DNA of 64,000 bases from Acidobacteriota bacterium (lineage in GTDB: Bacteria; Acidobacteriota; Thermoanaerobaculia; Multivoradales; J023), in the NCBI GenBank assembly GCA_029263395.1, contig JAJCXO010000184.1, positions 39,838-103,837 on the forward strand, given 5' to 3'. Both the position numbers and the translations under genes were made by a program. The notes under the pieces were generated by a model. It was not told the DNA's origin. It did not search any database and saw nothing but the letters and a program-made list of their open reading frames with translations. Of this stretch, positions 9,888 through 18,612 are shown in pieces; the stretch's first letter is position 1, and each line of letters begins with the position of its first letter.

Positions 9888-10919
9888 ATGAGCGATAGCA
9901 GTGGGACCCTCAACGTAGGGATCGACCTCGGAACCTCACATTGTGCGGTTTCGGCATCGAACGGCCAGCGCCATGTGATCGAAAGCTATGTTGGCTGGCC
10001 GGTCGACATGGTGGCCCGCAAGGTGCTCAAGAAAGACGTGTTGGTCGGTACAGAGGCGGTCGAAAACCGAACTATGCTCGATCTTCACCGGCCTCTGGAG
10101 CGCGGACTGGTGAAAGAGGGTTCAGACAAAGATCTGGTAGCCGTGCAGGTGCTGTTGCGAACCCTGCTGGATCTCGCCGGGGTCGATCGCAAAGAAAAGA
10201 AGAGCAAAACGACTGTGCGCGCTGTTGTTGGTGTGCCGGCAGAAGCTATGCGAGTCAACAAGCAACAGCTGCGCGCCACACTCGACGGCGAAGTGGATGC
10301 CTTGATGATCGTGTCCGAACCCTTCGCTGTAGCCTATGGCCTCGACGCCCTACTCCACAGCCTGGTTGTCGACATCGGTGCCGGCACATCAGACTTCTGT
10401 GTCATGCGGGGCCGCTTTCCGACCGAAGACGACCAGCGCACTCTCACCAAGGCGGGGGACTCGGTTGATGAACTCCTGCTCAAACAGATCGGAGAAAAGC
10501 ATCCCGACGCTCAGGTTTCGATCTTCATGGCTCGAGAGTGGAAGGAAAAACACGGTTTCGTTGGCAAGCCCCAGCAGCGGGTCAAGGTCACCGCACCGGT
10601 CAAGGGGACGCCGACAACGCTCGACATCACCGACGAGATGCGCAACGCCTGTGAGTCGATCGTCGGACCGATCACCGAGACGATGCTCGACTTGCTACCC
10701 AGAGTATCGCCCGAGTTTCAGGAGAAGGTACGCAACAATATCATCCTCTCCGGTGGCAGCTCTCAGATCGCGGGCCTACGAGCAGCCCTAGAGGAAGGAC
10801 TGAAGCCAGTCGGCGGCGGCTCGATCCGGGGCGTCAAGAACCCGGTATTCGAAGGCTCCGATGGCGGCCTGGCTCTAGCTCTGGATGCGCCTGACGCTGA
10901 CTGGGACAAGCTGGGCTAA
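9888..10919 (+). CDS. mamK: MamK-family actin-like ATPase
   Basis: Collinear similarity to MamK along the whole length: GIDLGTSH, VVGVPA, VSEPF, DIGAGT, TLTKAG, FVG, SGGSS.I.GL, and a C-terminal W..LG. The actin-fold phosphate 1, connect 1, phosphate 2 and adenosine motifs are present. There is an RBS (AGGGAG) 7 nt upstream. No other mam genes are nearby. Confidence 0.75.
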   Translation: MSDSSGTLNVGIDLGTSHCAVSASNGQRHVIESYVGWPVDMVARKVLKKDVLVGTEAVENRTMLDLHRPLERGLVKEGSDKDLVAVQVLLRTLLDLAGVDRKEKKSKTTVRAVVGVPAEAMRVNKQQLRATLDGEVDALMIVSEPFAVAYGLDALLHSLVVDIGAGTSDFCVMRGRFPTEDDQRTLTKAGDSVDELLLKQIGEKHPDAQVSIFMAREWKEKHGFVGKPQQRVKVTAPVKGTPTTLDITDEMRNACESIVGPITETMLDLLPRVSPEFQEKVRNNIILSGGSSQIAGLRAALEEGLKPVGGGSIRGVKNPVFEGSDGGLALALDAPDADWDKLG

Positions 10920-12069
10920 CCTGTTGAGCCAACACTCGGAGGCAAAGCCGGAACCCGGCTCGGCCAAACACCTGACCCATCTGCGAGAGTCGATCGCCGA
11001 GGTCGACCGCTCGCTGCTTGAACTCCTCCACCGCCGTATGCAACTCGCAGCGGAGGTGGGTCGAGTGAAGGCACAGAAGGGCCAGCCGATTATGGTGCCC
11101 GAGGTTCATCATCGGGTGCTGACCAGAGCTCGGCAACACGCTGACGCCTGCGGGGTGTCGGAAGAGGTCATGGAATCGATCTTCCAGGCGGTCATGCGAG
11201 GCTCGGTCGAACGCCAGCATCGCGTCGGCGTAGCGGTCAGATCCGAGGGTGGCAGCCGCCTGTTGATCCTCGGCGGTGCGGGCGACATGGGACGATGGTT
11301 CCAGAGCTTCGCTCAGTTGCTCGGTCATCGGGTCGACCTTGTCGACCCGGCGATGGCGCCTCTCCCCCCCGCACCCGGCCGTTATGCGACCCTGGAAGAC
11401 GTCCCCAATCTCGACGACTACGAAGCGATCATCGTCTCGGTACCGCTCAACCGAATGCCGGTTGTCCTCGAGCAATTGATCAACCTCGGGCCACGTGGCC
11501 TCATCATCGAGATCTCATCGATCAAGGACGATCTGGCGCCGGTTCTAGACCAAGGGCGTCAAGCCGGCCTTCAGGTGTGCTCGCTGCACCCGATGTTCGG
11601 CCCCAAGAAATCGCCGTATGAATCCTTGACCTTCGTCCTCGCCTACACCGATGATCCGCAGCAGGAACGGTCACAGGTCGAAGAGTGGATCCGCCACCCG
11701 TACACCCATCTAGTGCCGGTTCCTTTTCATCACCATGATCGCCTGATGGGCTGGCTGCTGGGATTTGCTCATCTCTCCGGGATGCTGTTCGGCTGCGCCC
11801 TGACCCGTTCAGGTTTAGGCGCCGAGGAGCTCAAAGCGTGTGCGTCCACAACCTACAACCGCCAAACTTCGGCGGCACTCCACGTGCTCGGCGAAGATCC
11901 CGATCTCTACTTCGATATCCAGAATCTCAACCCTCACCGCGGCGAAGTCTATCGTGCTGCTAGCGAGGCGTTGAGTGAATTGGTGGAGGCAGTCGAAGAC
12001 GGAGACCGTGAGCGCTTCCGATCGGTGCTTTCCGACGCTCGACATTTTTTGATTTCAGAACCCGGCTAG
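10885..12069 (+). CDS. tyrA: bifunctional chorismate mutase / prephenate dehydrogenase (T-protein-like)
   Basis: The N-terminal AroQ chorismate mutase motif is LRESIAEVDRSLLELLHRRMQLAAEVGRVK. It is followed by a prephenate dehydrogenase domain (LLILGGAGDMGRWF, HPMFGP). The start is uncertain. The track ATG at 10885 overlaps mamK by 35 nt, and an in-frame TTG at 10924 would give a 5-nt gap instead. Confidence 0.75.
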   Translation: MRLTLTGTSWANLLSQHSEAKPEPGSAKHLTHLRESIAEVDRSLLELLHRRMQLAAEVGRVKAQKGQPIMVPEVHHRVLTRARQHADACGVSEEVMESIFQAVMRGSVERQHRVGVAVRSEGGSRLLILGGAGDMGRWFQSFAQLLGHRVDLVDPAMAPLPPAPGRYATLEDVPNLDDYEAIIVSVPLNRMPVVLEQLINLGPRGLIIEISSIKDDLAPVLDQGRQAGLQVCSLHPMFGPKKSPYESLTFVLAYTDDPQQERSQVEEWIRHPYTHLVPVPFHHHDRLMGWLLGFAHLSGMLFGCALTRSGLGAEELKACASTTYNRQTSAALHVLGEDPDLYFDIQNLNPHRGEVYRAASEALSELVEAVEDGDRERFRSVLSDARHFLISEPG

Positions 12070-12114
12070 TCATCCCTTCGATTCTGGGCTCGACTCGGCG
12101 GCTGGGCGAGACGG

Positions 12115-13464
12115 GTGTACGATATGTCCGGCAAGTCTGCCGGAGCTGGCATGAGCAAGCGTAACGATATTCCCCCCCGTCTTCCTCGTCGACCGCCAAG
12201 CGTACCGGCGACGGAGCAGGTTGCGCTCGAACCGACTGTGCCTTGGGTCCCCTCCGAGCCGAGAGCTTCCGGTACGACCCGTTTGCTTCCCGGTCATGTG
12301 CTGGCTGACCGGTATCAAGTTCGCAACCTCCTGGGGTCAGGAGGTATGGCGGATGTCTACGAGGCCTGGGACACCGAGCTCGAAGAAGCGGTGGCAATCA
12401 AGGTATTACATCCATCGATCGGAACGCGCGACCGCATGGTCGAGCGCTTCAAAAAAGAGATTCGGCTGGCACGCAGAGTCGTCCATCCCAACGTTTGCCG
12501 GATCTACGATTTTGGGGCCTCGAAGGATCTCAAGTTCGTCACGATGGAGTTGTTGCCAGGTACAACTCTTGAAGCTCACATTGCGAGCCATCCAGAACTG
12601 GATCTCGACAGTCGGCTCACGATGTTTCGTGAGATTCTTTCGGGGCTCGAAGCAGCTCACCAGCTGGGCATTATCCATCGCGATCTAAAACCACAGAATG
12701 TGATGGTGACGCCCGATGGGCGTCCGGTGATCACAGACTTCGGAATCGCCCGCGAGCTCGACACCGGAGACAACACGACAGCAATCGGGGAAGTGTTGGG
12801 AACTCCAGCCTACATGGCGCCGGAGCGCATGCTTGGTGGCAGGGTTGACCTACGTTCCGACATTTACTCCCTCGGCGTGATTCTGTTCGAGTTGGCGACC
12901 GGAGAGCGCCCGTTCTCGGGCGTCACGATCTTCGACATGGCTCGGAACCAACTCAGCATCGATCCCCCACTACCGACATCACTCGCTCCCAACCTACCGC
13001 TTTGGCTCGAGCAGCTGATCCTCAAGATGCTCGCCAAACAACCCGAAGACCGTCTCCAGAGTGTTGCGGCAATCTTGACGGAGTTGCCTCAGACCGGTCG
13101 CATCAAGACAGTGCTCCTGGTAGACGACGATTCGACAATGCTGAGCATTGTCGGCGTTCACCTGAATCAAGCCGGCATTTCAGTGATCACTGCCGACAAC
13201 GGGGGCGCCGGCATCGAGATGATGCAGAACAAGGCGCCAGACCTGCTCTGTCTCGACTTCACCATGCCCCAGATGGACGGCTTTCAGGTGGCTACTTATC
13301 TTCACCGCCTCGGTAGCAAAGTACCGATCTTCATGTTGACCGGAATGCAGGATCCACAGTACGAAAAGCAAGCGGCTCGCCTCGGCATCGAGCAGTTCTT
13401 CACGAAACCACTAGACATCGAGGCGTTTGTCGACGCGGTGTCTCGTCGCTTGTCTTCTCTTTGA
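12115..13464 (+). CDS. Ser/Thr protein kinase with C-terminal response-regulator receiver (REC) domain
   Basis: The kinase carries subdomains I, II, VIb and VII-VIII (LGSGGMADVY, AIKVL, HRDLKPQNVMV, DFGIA, GTPAYMAPE). The C-terminal REC domain is VLLVDDDSTML...LDFTMPQMDG...TKP. An alternative start lies at 12124. Confidence 0.8.
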   Translation: MYDMSGKSAGAGMSKRNDIPPRLPRRPPSVPATEQVALEPTVPWVPSEPRASGTTRLLPGHVLADRYQVRNLLGSGGMADVYEAWDTELEEAVAIKVLHPSIGTRDRMVERFKKEIRLARRVVHPNVCRIYDFGASKDLKFVTMELLPGTTLEAHIASHPELDLDSRLTMFREILSGLEAAHQLGIIHRDLKPQNVMVTPDGRPVITDFGIARELDTGDNTTAIGEVLGTPAYMAPERMLGGRVDLRSDIYSLGVILFELATGERPFSGVTIFDMARNQLSIDPPLPTSLAPNLPLWLEQLILKMLAKQPEDRLQSVAAILTELPQTGRIKTVLLVDDDSTMLSIVGVHLNQAGISVITADNGGAGIEMMQNKAPDLLCLDFTMPQMDGFQVATYLHRLGSKVPIFMLTGMQDPQYEKQAARLGIEQFFTKPLDIEAFVDAVSRRLSSL

Positions 13465-13475
13465 GAAGCGAGCCC

Positions 13476-14183
13476 CTACTTGATGCCCATCTTGGCCTTG
13501 AGTTCGGCTAACGAATCTGAGCCCGCCGAATCTCCAGGAAGCGCAAGGGCTTTATCGATTTGTTCGTCAACTGAATCTTCCGCGCTCGACAGCTCACCAT
13601 AAGCGTGAGCCAACGCTTCATCTTCTTCGACCTTATTCTTCATTCTCTCGAGCATTGCCAGGGTCGAAGAGGAATCAACATCTGCGAGTTGGCGATTGAT
13701 CTTCTTCATCGACTCTGCAGTACGAGCCCTTGCCCTCAAGGTGACCAATTCGTTGTCGAGTTTCGAAATGTCTCGACGTAGCTTTTCGACCTTACCCTGC
13801 AATCGATCCGCTGCCGCTTGCTGGGTGGTGTAGTCAGCAATGAATCCTTGAGCTTGCTCCAAGGCGTTATCTTTCTTGCCGAGCGCAGTGGTGGCTAACT
13901 GTTCGGCTTCGGCTTGTTCGAGACTGCCATCCTGTGCCCGTTGCAAGAGCAGCATCGCCTTGCGCTCGTACTCGGCGGCGCTTCTCTTGCGGTCGTCCGC
14001 GTCCTTCTTGAGACGGATGGCGACCGACTTGACCTGAGCCAGGCTTCCCATGGCCTCGGTCAAAGACTGCCTGAGCTCGCGCATACCCTGCTCACTCATC
14101 TTGATCGGATCTTCCATGCCATCGATAGCGGAATGAGCCTCCGCCTGTCCAATCCTGAACAATCTGGTAAAAAAACTTGCCAT
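13476..14183 (-). CDS. pspA: PspA/IM30 family protein
   Basis: 235-aa coiled-coil protein. N-terminus MASFFTRLFRI...IDGMEDPIKMSEQGMRELR matches the PspA/IM30 N-terminal helix and heptad repeats. Confidence 0.8.
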   Translation of the reverse strand: MASFFTRLFRIGQAEAHSAIDGMEDPIKMSEQGMRELRQSLTEAMGSLAQVKSVAIRLKKDADDRKRSAAEYERKAMLLLQRAQDGSLEQAEAEQLATTALGKKDNALEQAQGFIADYTTQQAAADRLQGKVEKLRRDISKLDNELVTLRARARTAESMKKINRQLADVDSSSTLAMLERMKNKVEEDEALAHAYGELSSAEDSVDEQIDKALALPGDSAGSDSLAELKAKMGIK

Positions 14184-14192
14184 GATGATCTC

Positions 14193-14606
14193 CTAGGCCT
14201 TCGCGAATCGCAGAAGCTCGTCGGCGTTTTCGGCCAGCGCCAGGGATAAGGCGCCGATCGAACCTTCGAGCTCGTTGAGATCGAGATTTTCAAGTTGCAG
14301 GGTGTCGCGGAAAAGGACTCGCTTGCCGTCTTCATCGAGCACGAAAGCACCGTGTACCAGGGTGCGGTTCATCTGGAGCAAGCGACGAAAGAAATTTCGA
14401 TTGTCGCCTCCTGGGGCATCCATAATCAACTGTTCCAAAACCAGGATTGGATCTTCACAGTCAACCACCAAGTTCTTGATACCACTGTCCTCATCTTCGA
14501 CCACAACCAGCTCTTCTGGTACGTTTTCTTCAGTTATTGTGAGATCGAGGTCGAGCAAGTAGCTCTTGACCCGATCAAACGCCACGGATGATCCGCTTTC
14601 AGTCAT
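14193..14606 (-). CDS. YbjN-domain protein (putative sensory-transduction regulator fold)
   Basis: 137-aa acidic protein with YbjN-like features. It sits 9 nt downstream of pspA in the same operon, an arrangement known for PspA/YjfJ neighbours. Confidence 0.55.
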   Translation of the reverse strand: MTESGSSVAFDRVKSYLLDLDLTITEENVPEELVVVEDEDSGIKNLVVDCEDPILVLEQLIMDAPGGDNRNFFRRLLQMNRTLVHGAFVLDEDGKRVLFRDTLQLENLDLNELEGSIGALSLALAENADELLRFAKA

Positions 14607-14649
14607 GTTCTAGCCTCCTTGGTACGTGTAGCAAGTCCGTCATTAGTTT

Positions 14650-15018
14650 TCAAGCCTTGTTTTGCAGGTGTAACCGTAGCTGCTCGTATGCATGGTTCAA
14701 CCCTTTAACTAGCTCGGTAGCCACTGCCTGGCGGTCCGGGTCAACTCCGTGTAGGTCTGGATGATAAGTACGTACGAGCCTCTTCCATGATTCGCGCACA
14801 GTCTTGAGATCGGAGCCGTAAGGTAGCTCGAGATTGGCATAATACCGCGCTAGTTTCGAGTCTTCGCTGGCTTCTGGCTCGTCTCTTGCCCCGGAATCCG
14901 TGGGATTATGCCGAGTGGAAGACTGGTGACGCCCCTCGGCGCGAGCCTCCCATTGGTCCAGACGGCCATCAACGTTGGCACGCAGAACATCCCAAGCGCG
15001 ACGAAAGACTGACGACAT
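14650..15018 (-). CDS. J-domain (DnaJ-like) protein
   Basis: YYANLELPYGSDLKTVRESWKRLVRTYHPDL contains the HPD motif and J-domain helices II-III. No Zn-finger or C-terminal domain is present, so this is a standalone J-domain protein. Confidence 0.7.
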   Translation of the reverse strand: MSSVFRRAWDVLRANVDGRLDQWEARAEGRHQSSTRHNPTDSGARDEPEASEDSKLARYYANLELPYGSDLKTVRESWKRLVRTYHPDLHGVDPDRQAVATELVKGLNHAYEQLRLHLQNKA

Positions 15019-15218
15019 GGTGGATTTCGGGGAGAGAAAGCCTCACCGAGGACACGCGGGCCTCGGACTCAAAATTCTTGGGAGTAGGCCAAAGCCAATT
15101 GACATGATGCGATGATACGCCAAATGCCATGAACTTTTGCATCGACGAAGAGCCAATGAACCAGTGGATTTTCTCCGCTGACTGTGAATAATGAACGACA
15201 TCTGGATGGTGGAGGAAA

Positions 15219-16106
15219 TTGATGCGATTGGTGACCCGAGCAGATCTCGATGGACTGGCCTGCGCCCTAATCATCACCCAGCATGAGGTGATCGACGAGA
15301 TCGTGCTGGTTCACCCGCAGGAGATAACCGACAAAACCGTCGAAATTCGCAGCGACGATGTCCTGGCTAATCTTCCCTACCATCCGAATTGCGGTCGTTG
15401 GTTTGATCACCATTTGCTGACTGAGTCTAACGAACAGCCGCCCAAGGACTTCAAAGGGCTCTATCGTGTAGCGCCGAGCGCCGCACAACTAGTTTGGGAG
15501 TACTACGGAGAGAAACCGGTGTACACCGATCTGGTGCGAGAAACCAACCGTTTCGATTCGGCCCAACTCGACGAGGATGACGTTCTACAGCCCAAGGGTT
15601 ATGTGCTCTTGGGATTTGCTCTAGATCCTCGGACCGGTCTCGGCGACGACGAAGGCTTCTTCTTGAAGTGCCTCGAGTGGTTGAAGCACAAACCGATCCG
15701 AGAGGTCCTGGTGGAAGACGAGGTCCGTCAACGGATCATCCGGATGTTCGAACAAAACGAAGACTTCTGTTGGACTCTGGTGCAGTACTCGCGGCTCAAC
15801 GACAACGTCGTCTTCTCAGACTTTCGCCGAACATCCGAACCGCCGGCTGGCAACCGCTTTCTGGTTTACACCATCTTCCCGGAAGCCAACGTCTCAGTGC
15901 GGGCTCAGTGGGGCCGCAACAAAGAGTGCGTCATGGTGACCGTCGGTCATTCGATCTTCAATCGCTCGTGCAAAACTTCGATCGGCGAGCTGATGTCCAC
16001 CTACGGCGGCGGTGGGCATCGCGGTGCGGGCTCGGCACCGCTGCCGGTGGTCGAAGCAGAAACCAAGCTCCTCGAAATCATCGAGACGCTGCGACGGAAC
16101 GGCTAA
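15219..16106 (+). CDS. DHH/DHHA1-family phosphoesterase
   Basis: An N-terminal DHH-like motif is present (RADLDGLACALII, DHH). A C-terminal GGGGH motif (STYGGGGHRGAGS) is typical of DHHA1. Confidence 0.55.
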   Translation: MMRLVTRADLDGLACALIITQHEVIDEIVLVHPQEITDKTVEIRSDDVLANLPYHPNCGRWFDHHLLTESNEQPPKDFKGLYRVAPSAAQLVWEYYGEKPVYTDLVRETNRFDSAQLDEDDVLQPKGYVLLGFALDPRTGLGDDEGFFLKCLEWLKHKPIREVLVEDEVRQRIIRMFEQNEDFCWTLVQYSRLNDNVVFSDFRRTSEPPAGNRFLVYTIFPEANVSVRAQWGRNKECVMVTVGHSIFNRSCKTSIGELMSTYGGGGHRGAGSAPLPVVEAETKLLEIIETLRRNG

Positions 16107-16209
16107 GCTAGGTCCCATCTCAAACGCATCGAGAATTCGGTTGATCTTGTGGGCTGCGCAGCAGCTCCAGAACTTGCCGGATCTCTTGCAGTATGCCTAG
16201 GCTAGGCTT

Positions 16210-17070
16210 CTAAAACATCCAAAGCCCACGGTTGGCACCACGAAGGGCAACCAGGCAGCGCACGGCTTGAACTCGCAGATCTTTGTCGCCTGTTTTGACT
16301 TGATCTTCGAGCGCCTCTTCGATCTCCATGATCTCTTCCGGGATCGAGGTCAGCGCCTCCAACATGTCAGCCAATCGACGCAGGTTGGACTCAGAGCGAA
16401 ACTCTTCACCATACTTGAGCCAATACTGCGTAAGGGCCACAACCGCCTGCACCCCGCCAATGCGAGTCAGCGCATCCGTCGCCAAGGGGGCAAGCAGCGG
16501 ATCCTCGAGCAATTCCGCGAGATCGGGCACAACTCGTGCCGAACCCAGCCGCCCCAGGGCTTCGACTGATGCCGTTTGCAGCCACGGCTCGCCCCTCAAG
16601 AAGGGCCTGATCGCCGGTAGAGCACGAACGTCTCCGAGGCGTCCCAAGGCTACAATCGCCTCTTGGACCACATTCGGGTCAGAGTGATCGAGCACCCTGA
16701 GCAGAGGTTCTAGCGCGTTGCGATCGCGCAGGTGGCTGAGGATCAAGACCGCCTGTAAGACAACTTCTGGATCGCGATCCTCCAACAGATAACAGGCGAG
16801 GTTGAATGATCTCTTGCGGCGCAGCTTGAGGATTTCGACCGCAGCGTTGCGGCGAACATCGTCCTCCTCACGCAAGTACTCGAGCAATCGATTGTTGGAC
16901 AGAATCGCTGCCCCCAAACCGAGGGCACGCGGCCGCACAGCCGGATTAGAACTCTTGATCACGCGCTCAAAAACTTCGAGCTGCTGATCCGGATTCATCG
17001 TCGGCAGCAAGTCAAGCAACTTGAAGTTGATGATCTGCGACTTGGTAGGAGACTTCCTCGATTGCCTCAA
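16210..17070 (-). CDS. HEAT-repeat (PBS-lyase-like) protein
   Basis: Multiple HEAT/PBS repeats (VRRNAAVEILKL, PEVVLQAVLILSHL, PNVVQEAIVALGRLGD, TASVEALGRLGS). Confidence 0.75.
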   Translation of the reverse strand: MRQSRKSPTKSQIINFKLLDLLPTMNPDQQLEVFERVIKSSNPAVRPRALGLGAAILSNNRLLEYLREEDDVRRNAAVEILKLRRKRSFNLACYLLEDRDPEVVLQAVLILSHLRDRNALEPLLRVLDHSDPNVVQEAIVALGRLGDVRALPAIRPFLRGEPWLQTASVEALGRLGSARVVPDLAELLEDPLLAPLATDALTRIGGVQAVVALTQYWLKYGEEFRSESNLRRLADMLEALTSIPEEIMEIEEALEDQVKTGDKDLRVQAVRCLVALRGANRGLWMF

Positions 17071-17280
17071 CGCCCTACTCCTCTCCTGACCGGGCGCGTT
17101 CCCGGTAGCTCCCTCGGCGACCTATATTATCATTTGTCAGCGAAAACTCTTGTACATACTATAGCGCTGAATGTAAGGCTCCGCCGATGGGAGCAGCCCA
17201 GCTTCTGCCAAAGCTTGGTGCCACGAATCCCGTTTCACTATACTTCAGGCCTCGGTGAATACTACTTCTTCTCAACTATC

Positions 17281-17343
17281 TTCTCAGTGAATACCGTCGT
17301 CTTCTCAGCGAATACCGTGGTCTTGTCAGCGAATACCGTGTCT
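17281..17343. repeat. 3 x 21-bp direct tandem repeat (TTCTCAGYGAATACCGTSGTC) ending 9 nt before the degT-like start codon
   Basis: Read directly: ttctcagtgaataccgtcgtc / ttctcagcgaataccgtggtc / ttgtcagcgaataccgtgtct. It lies in the divergent intergenic region between the HEAT gene and the DegT-like gene. Confidence 0.8.
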
Positions 17344-17351
17344 CCATCACG

Positions 17352-18467
17352 ATGAGCGTCCCATTTATCGATCTGAAACGCTTCGAGCCAGGCTTCCTGG
17401 ATCGCTGGGCTGAGGTTTGCCGAGAGGTTAGCGCCGCGACCCGCTTTGTCGGGGGGCCAGACGTCGTTCGATTCGAGAAACAGCTTGCTGCTGCCTGTGA
17501 AGTGGATGCTGCGGTCGGATGCGCAAATGGCACCGATGCACTACAACTCGCCTTACGTGGCCTCGGGATTGGTGTCGGTGATCGAGTACTGATTCCCGAT
17601 GCAACGTTCTGGGCGACGTTCGAGGCCGTCGTCAACTGCGGCGCTCAACCGATCACCATCGATATCGATGCCAACGATCTGCAGATGGACTTCGATCTCT
17701 TCCAGCAAGCAATCGAACGGTATCAGCCCAAAGCTGCGATCCTGGTGCATCTCTACGGCTGGGCTTCAGCCCGACTCGACGACTACCGCAACCTCTGCCG
17801 GGAGCGCGAGATCCACCTGATCGAGGACGCAGCGCAAGCTTACGGTGTGGAGTGGCGAGGCCAGTCGATCTTCCACCACTGCCAAGTCGCCACGTTGTCG
17901 TTTTACCCGGCCAAGGTACTCGGCGCTTGTGGCGATGCCGGTGCGGTCCTCACCAGCGATATCGAGTTGGCGGAGCGAGTACGCAAGCTCGGAAACCACG
18001 GCCGGACGGGTCATTACGACCACGGCATGGTTGGCTGGAATAGCCGTTTGGCTGGGTTTGATGCTGCCTACCTGAGCCTTTGTCTCGAGTATCTACCCGA
18101 GCGGATTGCAAGTCGGCAACGTGCGGCACAACGCTACCGCGAGCGGCTGATGGACCTGCCGGTACGTCTGGTAGCCCCTCCCACTGGAACTATCGAGAAC
18201 GGCTATCTCAATGTCACTCTGACAGACCCAGAAGATCGCGAACGGATCGAGGGGGTATTGAAAGAACACGGCATTGGCAGCGGCAGAACGTATCCAACAG
18301 CGGTTTCCAAACAATCCGGAGCGGTCGGCTATCTCGACTCCGCTGTCGGTGGCGAGAAGGCTGACCGGCTGGCACGGAGCATTCTCAACCTGCCACTGTT
18401 CGCCCATATTACCGATGCCGAGGTTGACGAAGTGATCAGCGCCATGCGAAAAGCCTTCGGCCACTGA
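17352..18467 (+). CDS. DegT/DnrJ/EryC1/StrS family PLP-dependent aminotransferase
   Basis: Family motifs are present (GCANGTDALQLALRGLGIG, IEDAAQAYG, LSFYPAKVLGACGDAGAV, GNHGRT). Lys in SFYPAK is the PLP-binding residue. Confidence 0.85.
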   Translation: MSVPFIDLKRFEPGFLDRWAEVCREVSAATRFVGGPDVVRFEKQLAAACEVDAAVGCANGTDALQLALRGLGIGVGDRVLIPDATFWATFEAVVNCGAQPITIDIDANDLQMDFDLFQQAIERYQPKAAILVHLYGWASARLDDYRNLCREREIHLIEDAAQAYGVEWRGQSIFHHCQVATLSFYPAKVLGACGDAGAVLTSDIELAERVRKLGNHGRTGHYDHGMVGWNSRLAGFDAAYLSLCLEYLPERIASRQRAAQRYRERLMDLPVRLVAPPTGTIENGYLNVTLTDPEDRERIEGVLKEHGIGSGRTYPTAVSKQSGAVGYLDSAVGGEKADRLARSILNLPLFAHITDAEVDEVISAMRKAFGH

Positions 18468-18539
18468 GCCTCAAACCAGCGGCGGTTTTGACTTCGGGCC
18501 CCCCTCAACGTCGGTTGGTTAGCGAAGCAACCGGATCGT

Positions 18540-18612
18540 CAGAAACACGGTCCTCAGAAACACGGTCCCAAGAAACACGGTTCTTCAGAAGCATGGTTCT
18601 TCAGAAACAGAA
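18540..18612. repeat. 5 x about 15-bp direct tandem repeat (TCAGAAACACGGTCC) spanning the start codon of the GH172-like gene
   Basis: Read directly: tcagaaacacggtcc tcagaaacacggtcc caagaaacacggttc ttcagaagcatggttc ttcagaaacagaatc. It covers the most likely start (ATG at 18593). Confidence 0.75.

Noticed and set aside
9941-10468. 175-aa ORF in an alternate frame of mamK-like
   Set aside because: Overlaps a strongly supported CDS. Composition is Arg/Gly-rich, typical of a GC-rich out-of-frame read.
9888-10919. Magnetosome gene cluster
   Set aside because: Only a MamK-family actin is present. No MamA/B/M (CDF), MamE/O (HtrA-like), MamP/T (magnetochrome), MamQ (LemA), MamI or MamL-like ORFs occur anywhere in the 64 kb.
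18488-18592. Extended N-terminus of the GH172-like protein from the track start
   Set aside because: This segment is the 15-bp tandem repeat translated (SETRSSETRSQETR). The ATG at 18593 gives a canonical signal peptide, so the repeat is more likely 5' UTR or regulatory. Phase-variable alternative start is noted in findings.
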